DNA of 5,383 nucleotides from a virus (taxonomy: Duplodnaviria > Heunggongvirae > Uroviricota > Caudoviricetes), in the IMG/VR virus record IMGVR_UViG_2684622670_000007, positions 1 through 5,383 of that record. One strand, 5' to 3'. A program made the position numbers and the translations under genes. This document shows positions 1-4,846 of the stretch, piece by piece. The notes below the pieces were generated by a model. The model had not been told where the DNA came from and did not search any database. It worked only from the letters and a program-made list of their open reading frames with translations. Within the stretch, counting starts at the first letter, position 1; every line of letters begins with the position of its first letter.

Positions 1-436
1 GTACCGGTTTAACCTCGTCACGGGGCTTTCTGATGGCTGAAAGACGCTTTACAAGTTCATCCATCGCCTGACTCGATGCGTCGATGGTTCCGCTTTGGAT
101 TGGTTCACGCATTTCATCCATGATTTCCAGCACCAGACGGCGGTGATAGTTATCCGCGACCATTCCGGCATATCCCTTCAGGTTTGCGGCACTCGGGCAG
201 TTTTTGCTGGTCATCAGGATTGACGTGAAATGCTCCTCTCCGCACGCCTCGGCAACCATCAGCGCGTCGATTAGGTTTCTGTTTCGCGCCTGCTTCCGGA
301 TAACCTCGAAGGCTTTCCGGTAGAGCGGAATTGAAAACGCTTCCGGCTCAAGCGTTGCCAGAACGTCACTGGCAGTTGGTGTTAATCCACCAATCAGCAG
401 GCCACCGATAACGCTCGCTTCGATATCCTGTTTCAT
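1..436 (-). CDS. Replicative DNA helicase, DnaB family (phage P22 gene 12-type), N-terminal ~145 codons only; gene continues past the left edge
   Basis: Manual minus-strand translation from ATG (revcomp 434-436) gives [17 protein letters not shown]...[18 protein letters not shown]..., matching the conserved DnaB N-terminal domain (E. coli DnaB ...EAEQSVLGGLML...NTPSAANISAYADIV...). The start overlaps the stop of the upstream O-like gene (ATGA), suggesting translational coupling. Not in the ORF track because it is truncated by the window edge. Confidence 0.7.
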   Translation of the reverse strand, partial: MKQDIEASVIGGLLIGGLTPTASDVLATLEPEAFSIPLYRKAFEVIRKQARNRNLIDALMVAEACGEEHFTSILMTSKNCPSAANLKGYAGMVADNYHRRLVLEIMDEMREPIQSGTIDASSQAMDELVKRLSAIRKPRDEVKPV

Positions 437-1380
437 GCAATCCCCCTGTCTGCAAACTTTCCTTCCCGTACTCCCGTTAACGAATCTTCCCTCAGCAGGT
501 AATCAAAATCTGCCGTCCAGCCCGTGTCGTTGTCTCCGAAGTAAAACGGCTTGGCCTGATGCACAAACGCCCTGACATACGCTCTGAAACCGTCCACGTT
601 TGGCGTTTTCAGTTGCGGGATAATTTTCTTCAGGCGGCGTTTGCGTTTCTCGTTGACCGCAACAGCGTGTGGAAGTCTGTCACCGACTTCGGTGTTGTAG
701 GCGTTCAGGAAGGATTCGTAGTCGATTCGTTCTGCCTTGCGACGTTCAGGTTTAACCTGCCAATCGCCTCCCCCATTGGGGGGTAGGGGGGTATTATTTA
801 TATTCTTGTTAATACCTTCTTGTTCATGATGTGCGGTTGTTTGTGCGGCTTCATGTGCGCTTTCATGTGCGGCATGTACTCTGAAAGCCGCGCCATTACT
901 GGCTTCGTCATGTGCGGCATCATGTGCGGTTGTTTGTGCGGCTTCATGTGCGGGTGAATCGTCCGTTTTTTGAGCATATTCATGGTAATTTGTGATGGTA
1001 ATCACACGACCTTTTTGCTTCTCTCCATCAATGGTGATCATCTCCTCTTTCACAAAAACCTGAAGCATCCGCTCAACCTGATCACGGCTTGCCGGCTTGC
1101 CATGCCTGTCGCATAACTGAAGACCTAAATCAGCTGCTGTCACAACCAGTTGACCGGGTTGCAGATGCCATTCATGACCTTTGAAATTCGCTTTGTATGG
1201 CTTTCTGGCGGCATTCAGGAGAAGGTTTTCCCACAGGGTGCGAAGATAAACATCTTTCGCCCATGACTGTTTCAGAATGCTCCGGTACAACGGAATGTAA
1301 CCAGTTTTCTGGTTCTCCATCCTGTTGCTCCTGCGCTCGTGTGCGGCGCTGAAATCGTAGATTTTTGCTGTATTGCTCAT
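433..1380 (-). CDS. Replication initiation protein, lambda O / P22 gp18-like (315 aa)
   Basis: N-terminus MSNTAKI... resembles lambda O (MTNTAKI...). Sits downstream of cII and upstream of the helicase, as in lambdoid replication modules. The central low-complexity linker ([17 protein letters not shown]...) is encoded by the iteron arrays. A Shine-Dalgarno-like AGGCAGGT precedes the ATG. Confidence 0.85.
   Translation of the reverse strand: MSNTAKIYDFSAAHERRSNRMENQKTGYIPLYRSILKQSWAKDVYLRTLWENLLLNAARKPYKANFKGHEWHLQPGQLVVTAADLGLQLCDRHGKPASRDQVERMLQVFVKEEMITIDGEKQKGRVITITNYHEYAQKTDDSPAHEAAQTTAHDAAHDEASNGAAFRVHAAHESAHEAAQTTAHHEQEGINKNINNTPLPPNGGGDWQVKPERRKAERIDYESFLNAYNTEVGDRLPHAVAVNEKRKRRLKKIIPQLKTPNVDGFRAYVRAFVHQAKPFYFGDNDTGWTADFDYLLREDSLTGVREGKFADRGIA
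790..953. repeat. Putative phage replication origin inside the O-like gene: two arrays of four 12-bp-spaced iterons (core TGTGCGG) plus a flanking AT-rich segment
   Basis: TGTGCGG cores (one TGTGCGC variant) start at 830, 842, 854, 866 and at 911, 923, 935, 947, giving an exact 12-bp period within each array. A 35-bp unit at 825-859 is repeated at 918-952 with 34/35 identity. The AT-rich stretch 790-824 lies immediately downstream in the O reading direction, the same iteron-then-AT-rich order as lambda ori. Confidence 0.6.
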
Positions 1381-1382
1381 AA

Positions 1383-1655
1383 CTACCTGCCTTGACGAAA
1401 GACCTTAAGAACATCGTTAAACTGACTTACGGATATGTCTTCTTTGAGCAGCTTTTCCAGAAATGCGTTTGGAATGAACGTATATCCCTCCTCTTTTGGT
1501 AGGGACGGGAGCAACGCCCTCGCCTCAGCCTTCAGAAGCTCAGTTCTGGCAACTTTCACAAAAGAGATTTGAGTTCTTTCATCAATGGAACGAAGGAAGC
1601 GCAAACGCTTAACTTCTTTGTGTGTATCAGGTGGATTAAAGCCTTTGTTTCGCAT
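1383..1655 (-). CDS. Hypothetical protein (90 aa) between cII and the O-like gene
   Basis: Internal ATG (revcomp 1653-1655) is preceded by GAGGTAA at good spacing. The 146-aa version in the ORF track would overlap the cII-like gene by about 145 bp in another frame, so the shorter start is preferred. The stop lies 2 nt before the O-like ATG. No homologue recognised by eye. Confidence 0.5.
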   Translation of the reverse strand: MRNKGFNPPDTHKEVKRLRFLRSIDERTQISFVKVARTELLKAEARALLPSLPKEEGYTFIPNAFLEKLLKEDISVSQFNDVLKVFRQGR

Positions 1656-1666
1656 ATAATTACCTC

Positions 1667-1735
1667 GTTGGATGTTATTAAAATTCCATTTGTATTTGAT
1701 CAGAACGCTCGGTCTTGCACACCGGGCTTTTTTTA
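1667..1735 (+). ncRNA. OOP-like antisense RNA (promoter pO-like plus intrinsic terminator), antisense to the 3' end of cII
   Basis: Perfect -10 TATAAT at 1655-1660 with a weak -35. Plus-strand hairpin 1707-1713/1721-1727 (7 bp, one G-U) followed by T7 (1728-1734) lies inside the cII 3' coding region. The predicted ~68-nt transcript would overlap cII by ~57 nt, as lambda OOP does. Confidence 0.45.
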
Positions 1736-1977
1736 TTGGTGAGTCCATCAAGCGCATACTTAAAAGCCCTGCTAATCGGACTGATGTCTGATGCCATTCC
1801 AAAAGCACACAAGACCGAAGCAATAAATCTCCAGTCCGTTCTGCTTATCTTCGATTCATGACAGCCAATCATCTTTGCCAGACCGCGCTGGGTAAGCGTT
1901 GACAGGTTGATGAGTAAATCTGTTTCTGCGCGATCAACGTCGCGCTGTGATAGTTTGCTGTAACTTGTTTGTTCCAT
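1678..1977 (-). CDS. cII: cII-like transcriptional activator (99 aa)
   Basis: The translation aligns with lambda CII from recall: HTH region ...ESKISRTDW... and C-terminus ...LTNKKSPVCKTERSDQIQMEF versus lambda ...LTNKKRPAATERSEQIQMEF. Position downstream of cro and nutR is as expected. Confidence 0.85.
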   Translation of the reverse strand: MEQTSYSKLSQRDVDRAETDLLINLSTLTQRGLAKMIGCHESKISRTDWRFIASVLCAFGMASDISPISRAFKYALDGLTNKKSPVCKTERSDQIQMEF

Positions 1978-1987
1978 TTCTTATGAT
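1955..1987 (+). promoter_or_regulatory. PRE-like cII-dependent promoter: TTGC-N6-TTGT (1955-1968) with candidate -10 TATGAT (1982-1987), directed toward cI and antisense to cro
   Basis: Lambda CII binds TTGC-N6-TTGC repeats flanking the -35 of PRE, located over the first codons of cII on the opposite strand. The same geometry is seen here (cII ATG = revcomp 1975-1977). The -10 is inferred from spacing. Confidence 0.5.
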
Positions 1988-2004
1988 TTCCAATAGTGAA
2001 TATT

Positions 2005-2027
2005 ACGCATCTGTTGATGCGTTTTTT
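2005..2027 (+). terminator. Intrinsic-terminator-like hairpin plus T-run on the plus strand in the cro-cII intergenic region
   Basis: ACGCATC (2005-2011), loop tgtt, GATGCGT (2016-2022), then a T-run through 2027. On the minus strand (cII leader) the same hairpin is preceded by an A-run and is not terminator-like. Function uncertain. Confidence 0.35.
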
Positions 2028-2028
2028 G

Positions 2029-2067
2029 TGGGGACGAATCATCCCCGACCTGATTGTTTAAAGAGCG
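2029..2067 (-). promoter_or_regulatory. nutR-like site: boxA (minus-strand CGCTCTTTAAACAA, plus coords 2054-2067) and boxB hairpin (plus coords 2029-2047)
   Basis: boxA is close to the recalled consensus CGCTCTTTAACAA. The hairpin GGGGA-ugauucg-UCCCC reads the same as the one downstream of PL (3761-3779). It lies between cro and cII, as lambda nutR does. Confidence 0.6.
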
Positions 2068-2074
2068 GTGTTAC

Positions 2075-2299
2075 TTATGCTGCCTGATTCGGTTTTGGAA
2101 ACAGGTGTGGCAAATCGGGGCGAATTTCGTAAGCCTTGATCTGCCCTCCAGTGGCGTTAACGATGGCGGTAACTTTCTCTGGAGAGACCAACCCGCCTTT
2201 CAGCCATTTGTGTACTGCTGGCTGCGTTACACCACACTTGTCGGCAAGGCGCTTTTGGCTACCGACAATTTTCAAGGCTCGTTGAATTACTAAATTCAT
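2075..2299 (-). CDS. cro: Cro-like repressor, HTH_XRE family (74 aa from the preferred start; ORF track extends to 2320)
   Basis: HTH segment GSQKRLADKCGVTQPAVHKW. First gene downstream of predicted PR. The ATG at 2297-2299 is preceded by AGAGGT at 7-nt spacing, whereas the ATG at 2318-2320 has no SD and lies about 6 nt from the predicted transcription start. Confidence 0.75.
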   Translation of the reverse strand: MNLVIQRALKIVGSQKRLADKCGVTQPAVHKWLKGGLVSPEKVTAIVNATGGQIKAYEIRPDLPHLFPKPNQAA

Positions 2300-2332
2300 G
2301 AGCATACCTCTTGTGGTCATTACTTATAACCA

Positions 2333-2361
2333 AAGATAACTCAAGTTATAAAAAATAGCAA
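2333..2361 (-). promoter_or_regulatory. PR-like promoter (minus strand): -35 TTGCTA (2356-2361), 17-bp spacer, -10 TATCTT (2333-2338)
   Basis: Sigma70-like hexamers overlapping OR2 and OR1. The same -10 hexamer and flanking AGTTATCTTT are found at the predicted PL. Confidence 0.55.
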
Positions 2362-2398
2362 TAACCTTTGTTATTTTACTTTGGATAACCGTAGTTAT
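2336..2398. promoter_or_regulatory. Tripartite right operator: OR1 2336-2349 (ATAACtcaaGTTAT), OR2 2361-2374 (ATAACctttGTTAT), OR3 2385-2398 (ATAACcgtaGTTAT)
   Basis: Three perfect 14-bp palindromes of form ATAAC-N4-GTTAT with 24-25 bp centre-to-centre spacing, between divergent cro and cI. Related sites occur in the OL region. Confidence 0.7.
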
Positions 2399-2401
2399 AG
2401 A
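2373..2401 (+). promoter_or_regulatory. PRM-like promoter for cI: -10 TATAGA (2396-2401), poor -35; the cI mRNA is probably leaderless or nearly so
   Basis: The -10 overlaps OR3 and the predicted start is 1-3 nt before the cI ATG (2411), as for lambda PRM. The weak -35 is consistent with an activator-dependent promoter. Inference only. Confidence 0.4.
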
Positions 2402-2410
2402 TTTGTGGGT

Positions 2411-3118
2411 ATGAAAACATTCGCAGAAAGACTAAATGCAGCCATGAGCTCAGCAGGTGTATCGCAATCACAGCTTGCTGACATGGTTGGAATATCTCAG
2501 CCAGCCATACAGAAGATGTCATCCGGTAAAACAAACGGATCTCGCAAGATGGTTGAATTAGCCAATGCTTTAAAAGTACGCCCTGAATGGCTTAGCTCTG
2601 GTATTGGTGAAATGAGGGATGGTACACATGAAGAACCATCCAATGTCCGTGAATCATCTTTAAAAGCTGTGGTATGGGAAGATATTAAAAGAAACGATGA
2701 CGAGTTTGTCGCGTTGCCTCTTCTTAACGTTTCGCTTTCAGCTGGAAGCGGTAGCTGCGAGCTAGAGGAATCATCAGAGTTCTCTTTGGTTTTCAGAAAG
2801 TACTATCTGAAAAAGATGGGGGTATCTGAAAGATCAGCCAAGCTAGTTAGGGTTGTAGGGCAAAGCATGGAACCAACGCTTCACGACGGAGATGTTGTTG
2901 GTGTTAACACACAAGATACCACAATCAGAGATGGTAAAACCTACGCTATTTGCCAGTCTGATTTGTTACGAGTAAAAACATTAATCGCCACCCCTACATC
3001 GGTGATAATCAGATCAATAAATCGCGAAGAGTACCCAGATGAAGTAATGGATAGAGATGAATTTCATGAAACCGTAAGGATTATTGGCAGAGTATTCTGG
3101 TCGTCTCATAGTTGGTAA
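2411..3118 (+). CDS. cI: CI-like prophage repressor: N-terminal HTH_XRE domain plus C-terminal S24 (LexA-type) autopeptidase domain
   Basis: HTH QSQLADMVGISQPAIQKM; S24 motifs GQSMEP (Ser nucleophile) and RVKTL (Lys); candidate Ala-Gly cleavage site in LSAGSG. The ORF track begins at TTG 2381, but the ATG at 2411 (MKTFAERL...) fits the promoter geometry. Confidence 0.9.
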   Translation: MKTFAERLNAAMSSAGVSQSQLADMVGISQPAIQKMSSGKTNGSRKMVELANALKVRPEWLSSGIGEMRDGTHEEPSNVRESSLKAVVWEDIKRNDDEFVALPLLNVSLSAGSGSCELEESSEFSLVFRKYYLKKMGVSERSAKLVRVVGQSMEPTLHDGDVVGVNTQDTTIRDGKTYAICQSDLLRVKTLIATPTSVIIRSINREEYPDEVMDRDEFHETVRIIGRVFWSSHSW

Positions 3119-3158
3119 CCGATAATCAGAAGAAGACTTACGGAAGTGCGGAGGGATA

Positions 3159-3455
3159 ATGGAATTTCTGATAGTTTTTGTTGTTGTTTTGGTCATCATT
3201 CTTTTTGTTTTGCTAAGCATTAGCAAAAAGCTATCTCAAACGATTGAACATAGCTCTAATCGCGCAAAAGAAGAAGACCATCTAATTGATATAAAAGAGA
3301 TTCTCTCTGATATAAAAATCACATTAGATGAAATAAAATACACAACAGATCTAATTGAACAGTATAAAATACCAACCCCAAACGAGAGAAAAGCAATAGA
3401 TCAATATCGTATTGACTTAGAAATCGACGAAATGCTAAGCAAAAGAAAAGACTAA
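3159..3455 (+). CDS. Small membrane protein (98 aa): one N-terminal transmembrane helix then a charged, probably coiled-coil domain; sits in the position of lambda rexAB and is probably co-transcribed with cI
   Basis: Strong SD GGAGG (3150-3154) before the ATG. Hydrophobic residues 3-21 (FLIVFVVVLVIILFVLLSI) are followed by a K/E/D-rich region. Markedly AT-rich compared with the flanking phage genes. Lies 41 bp downstream of cI and is followed by an intrinsic terminator. Confidence 0.6.
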   Translation: MEFLIVFVVVLVIILFVLLSISKKLSQTIEHSSNRAKEEDHLIDIKEILSDIKITLDEIKYTTDLIEQYKIPTPNERKAIDQYRIDLEIDEMLSKRKD

Positions 3456-3460
3456 AAACA

Positions 3461-3490
3461 CCCGGCCTCAGCGCCGGGTTTTCTTTTCCT
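3461..3490 (+). terminator. Rho-independent terminator ending the cI operon; possibly bidirectional
   Basis: Stem CCCGGC (3461-3466) / GCCGGG (3473-3478), 6-nt loop, then TTTTCTTTTCC. An A-run upstream (3454-3458) gives a U-run for the opposite strand. Confidence 0.75.
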
Positions 3491-3608
3491 GCCGTCCCCC
3501 CCCCAATCAACCATCCTCATCATAGACAAGCATCAAGCCAAAGGTAGCACTTTCACCCCGCACGCAAGCCCTCAAACACCAATCAATCAGCAACATTTAC
3601 AAAAATAA

Positions 3609-3691
3609 AATACCTTTGTTATCCATCACCTATAACTTATTTACCATAAAATATAAACTAAGTTATTGACCACACCTATAACCTAAGTTAT
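3609..3691. promoter_or_regulatory. Left operator region: OL1 3678-3691 (ATAACctaaGTTAT, perfect), OL2 3653-3666 (one mismatch), weaker OL3-like site 3609-3622
   Basis: Same 14-bp ATAAC-N4-GTTAT family as the OR sites. OL1 and OL2 are 25 bp apart and overlap the predicted PL hexamers. Confidence 0.6.
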
Positions 3692-3694
3692 CTT
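3666..3694 (+). promoter_or_regulatory. PL-like promoter: -35 TTGACC (3666-3671), 17-bp spacer, -10 TATCTT (3689-3694)
   Basis: Sigma70-like hexamers overlapping OL2 and OL1, directed toward nutL and the N-like gene. Confidence 0.55.
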
Positions 3695-3740
3695 TAAGCC
3701 ATCAGCAGGACGCAGGAAGCCAAACGGAACAGATTGGCAG

Positions 3741-3779
3741 GCTCTTTAACATTGATGGAATGGGGATGATTCGTCCCCA
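3741..3779 (+). promoter_or_regulatory. nutL-like site: boxA GCTCTTTAACA (3741-3751) and boxB hairpin (3761-3779)
   Basis: boxA-like motif followed 9 nt later by a hairpin, TGGGGA-tgattcg-TCCCCA, that matches the nutR hairpin at 18 of 19 positions. Lies between PL and the N-like gene. Confidence 0.6.
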
Positions 3780-3933
3780 CCAAAGAGAGGTTGGCTTTGG
3801 GATTTGATGAATGTGCAGGTCGATGCACTAACGCTTAGCGGTGAGCACCTGCCTTTGGGGCAGGATGGGTAGCCGCAATCAGGAGATCGACACCTGACAT
3901 CAAATCACCAAAGTCAATCATCGGAGGTATCCA

Positions 3934-4140
3934 GTGAAAGCAAGAGAGATTCGCAAACTCGAACGCGCTCGTAAGCACAAAGAGGCGACAGCAAAACGTA
4001 AAAATATTGACCGTGTTTCAATGGTGGTTTCGCTAGCAGGAGCGAATAGGAAGAAGGTTGAATGTGGTTCGTGCTGCCTGCCAAACGTAGCTCTTTACGC
4101 GGCAGGCTACCGGAAATCAAAACAACTGACGGCGAGGTGA
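3934..4140 (+). CDS. N: N-like transcription antitermination protein (68 aa, GTG start)
   Basis: First gene downstream of PL and nutL. Arginine/lysine-rich N-terminus (MKAREIRKLERARKHKEATAKRK). The C-terminal part resembles N proteins of P22-type phages from recall (unverified). Strong SD GGAGG (3923-3927) 6 nt before the GTG. Confidence 0.7.
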   Translation: MKAREIRKLERARKHKEATAKRKNIDRVSMVVSLAGANRKKVECGSCCLPNVALYAAGYRKSKQLTAR

Positions 4141-4161
4141 CGATCCCCCGCCGTCGAGGAA

Positions 4162-4701
4162 CTAAATTAGCTCATCAGCTTTACCAGCAAAGCGCATATA
4201 ACACTCATAGAACCAGACGTCAGGTATAACAAATTTCTCTTTACCTGACGCGCTGTAAGTCACACCTGAGCGATGGAGAAGGCCTTTTCTCATAAGAGAT
4301 AAAGCGACCGGATCGCCGTGCTTAAGTACGATTTTGTTATTTGCCATAACAGCAAATGCTAAAACCTCTTTTTCCTGAATACTCAGAGAATTGAACAGGC
4401 GCTCAGTCTCCACAATTACTTTAGCCTCATCTCTCTTACTGAGATATTTTTTATATCTGTCTGAAGATGCCAGAAATATAAACTCCATCACCCTGTTCAG
4501 AACATAACTGATACACAAAAGCATTGCGTAATACATCCAGTGATCTGGAAGTATTTCGGGGTTCCTTATATCTACCCACTCTTTAATTGATGCTGGGGTG
4601 ATTATTATCAAGGCAATTAAAATAATAAGCATATGAATTAACTGTTGTAGCGTAAGACCACGCAGGAAGAAACGTAATAGTTCCTGCCACCAGTTACTCA
4701 T
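4162..4701 (-). CDS. Membrane protein (179 aa), putative superinfection exclusion protein B (SieB)-like
   Basis: Convergent with and abutting the N-like gene, the arrangement I recall for lambda sieB and N. N-terminal hydrophobic segment (LIHMLIILIALIIITP) and soluble C-terminal domain. GGAG-type SD before the ATG. Low GC. The assignment rests on position, size and topology only. Confidence 0.5.
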   Translation of the reverse strand: MSNWWQELLRFFLRGLTLQQLIHMLIILIALIIITPASIKEWVDIRNPEILPDHWMYYAMLLCISYVLNRVMEFIFLASSDRYKKYLSKRDEAKVIVETERLFNSLSIQEKEVLAFAVMANNKIVLKHGDPVALSLMRKGLLHRSGVTYSASGKEKFVIPDVWFYECYMRFAGKADELI

Positions 4702-4720
4702 CGGTGAATCTCCATCATTC

Positions 4721-4768
4721 TCTCTGTAGGGGTGAATAGAGTTTATCCGATTTCTCGCTGTAGGGGTA
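4721..4768. repeat. Imperfect direct repeat with shared core CTGTAGGGGT in the divergent intergenic region
   Basis: TTCTCTCTGTAGGGGTGAATAGAG (about 4719-4742) and TTTCTCGCTGTAGGGGTACACGAG (about 4751-4774); the cores are ~35 bp apart, between the divergent SieB-like and 149-aa genes. Confidence 0.45.
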
Positions 4769-4846
4769 CACGAGAACCACCGAGCCTGATGTGGTTAAAA
4801 GACAGGCGCAATCTTTACAACCGCAATCCACTATTTAAGGTGATAT

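Noticed and set aside
559-786. 75-aa plus-strand ORF
   Set aside because: Lies entirely antisense inside the O-like initiator gene; no RBS or independent support.
771-790. C5/G6-TA-G6 tract as a possible G-quadruplex
   Set aside because: Only two G-runs are present (four are needed) and the tract is coding (PPNGGG) within the O-like gene.
825-953. Possible CRISPR array
   Set aside because: The repeat unit is only 12 bp with no unique spacers, and it lies inside a coding region at the expected ori position; it is an iteron array.
798-983. 61-aa minus-strand ORF with repetitive HMKPHKQPH sequence
   Set aside because: Alternate-frame reading of the iteron arrays inside the O-like gene; the repetitiveness comes from the DNA repeats.
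1172-1414. 80-aa minus-strand ORF
   Set aside because: Overlaps the 5' part of the O-like gene in another frame; the O frame carries the recognisable similarity.
1656-1823. N-terminal extension of the 146-aa ORF (track 1383..1823)
   Set aside because: Would overlap the cII-like gene by about 145 bp out of frame; an internal ATG at 1655 with a good SD gives a non-overlapping 90-aa product.
2054-2293. 79-aa plus-strand ORF
   Set aside because: Antisense to cro with no RBS; cro has the HTH and the promoter context.
2381-2410. TTG start for cI suggested by the ORF track
   Set aside because: The extension would begin inside OR3/PRM; the ATG at 2411 fits a leaderless PRM transcript as in lambda.
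3014-3226. 70-aa minus-strand ORF
   Set aside because: Antisense across the cI 3' end and the start of the 98-aa ORF; no expression signals.
3319-3510. 63-aa minus-strand ORF
   Set aside because: Antisense to the 98-aa ORF and runs through the terminator hairpin.
3914-4120. 68-aa minus-strand ORF
   Set aside because: Antisense to the N-like gene, which has the strong SD and the expected position after nutL.
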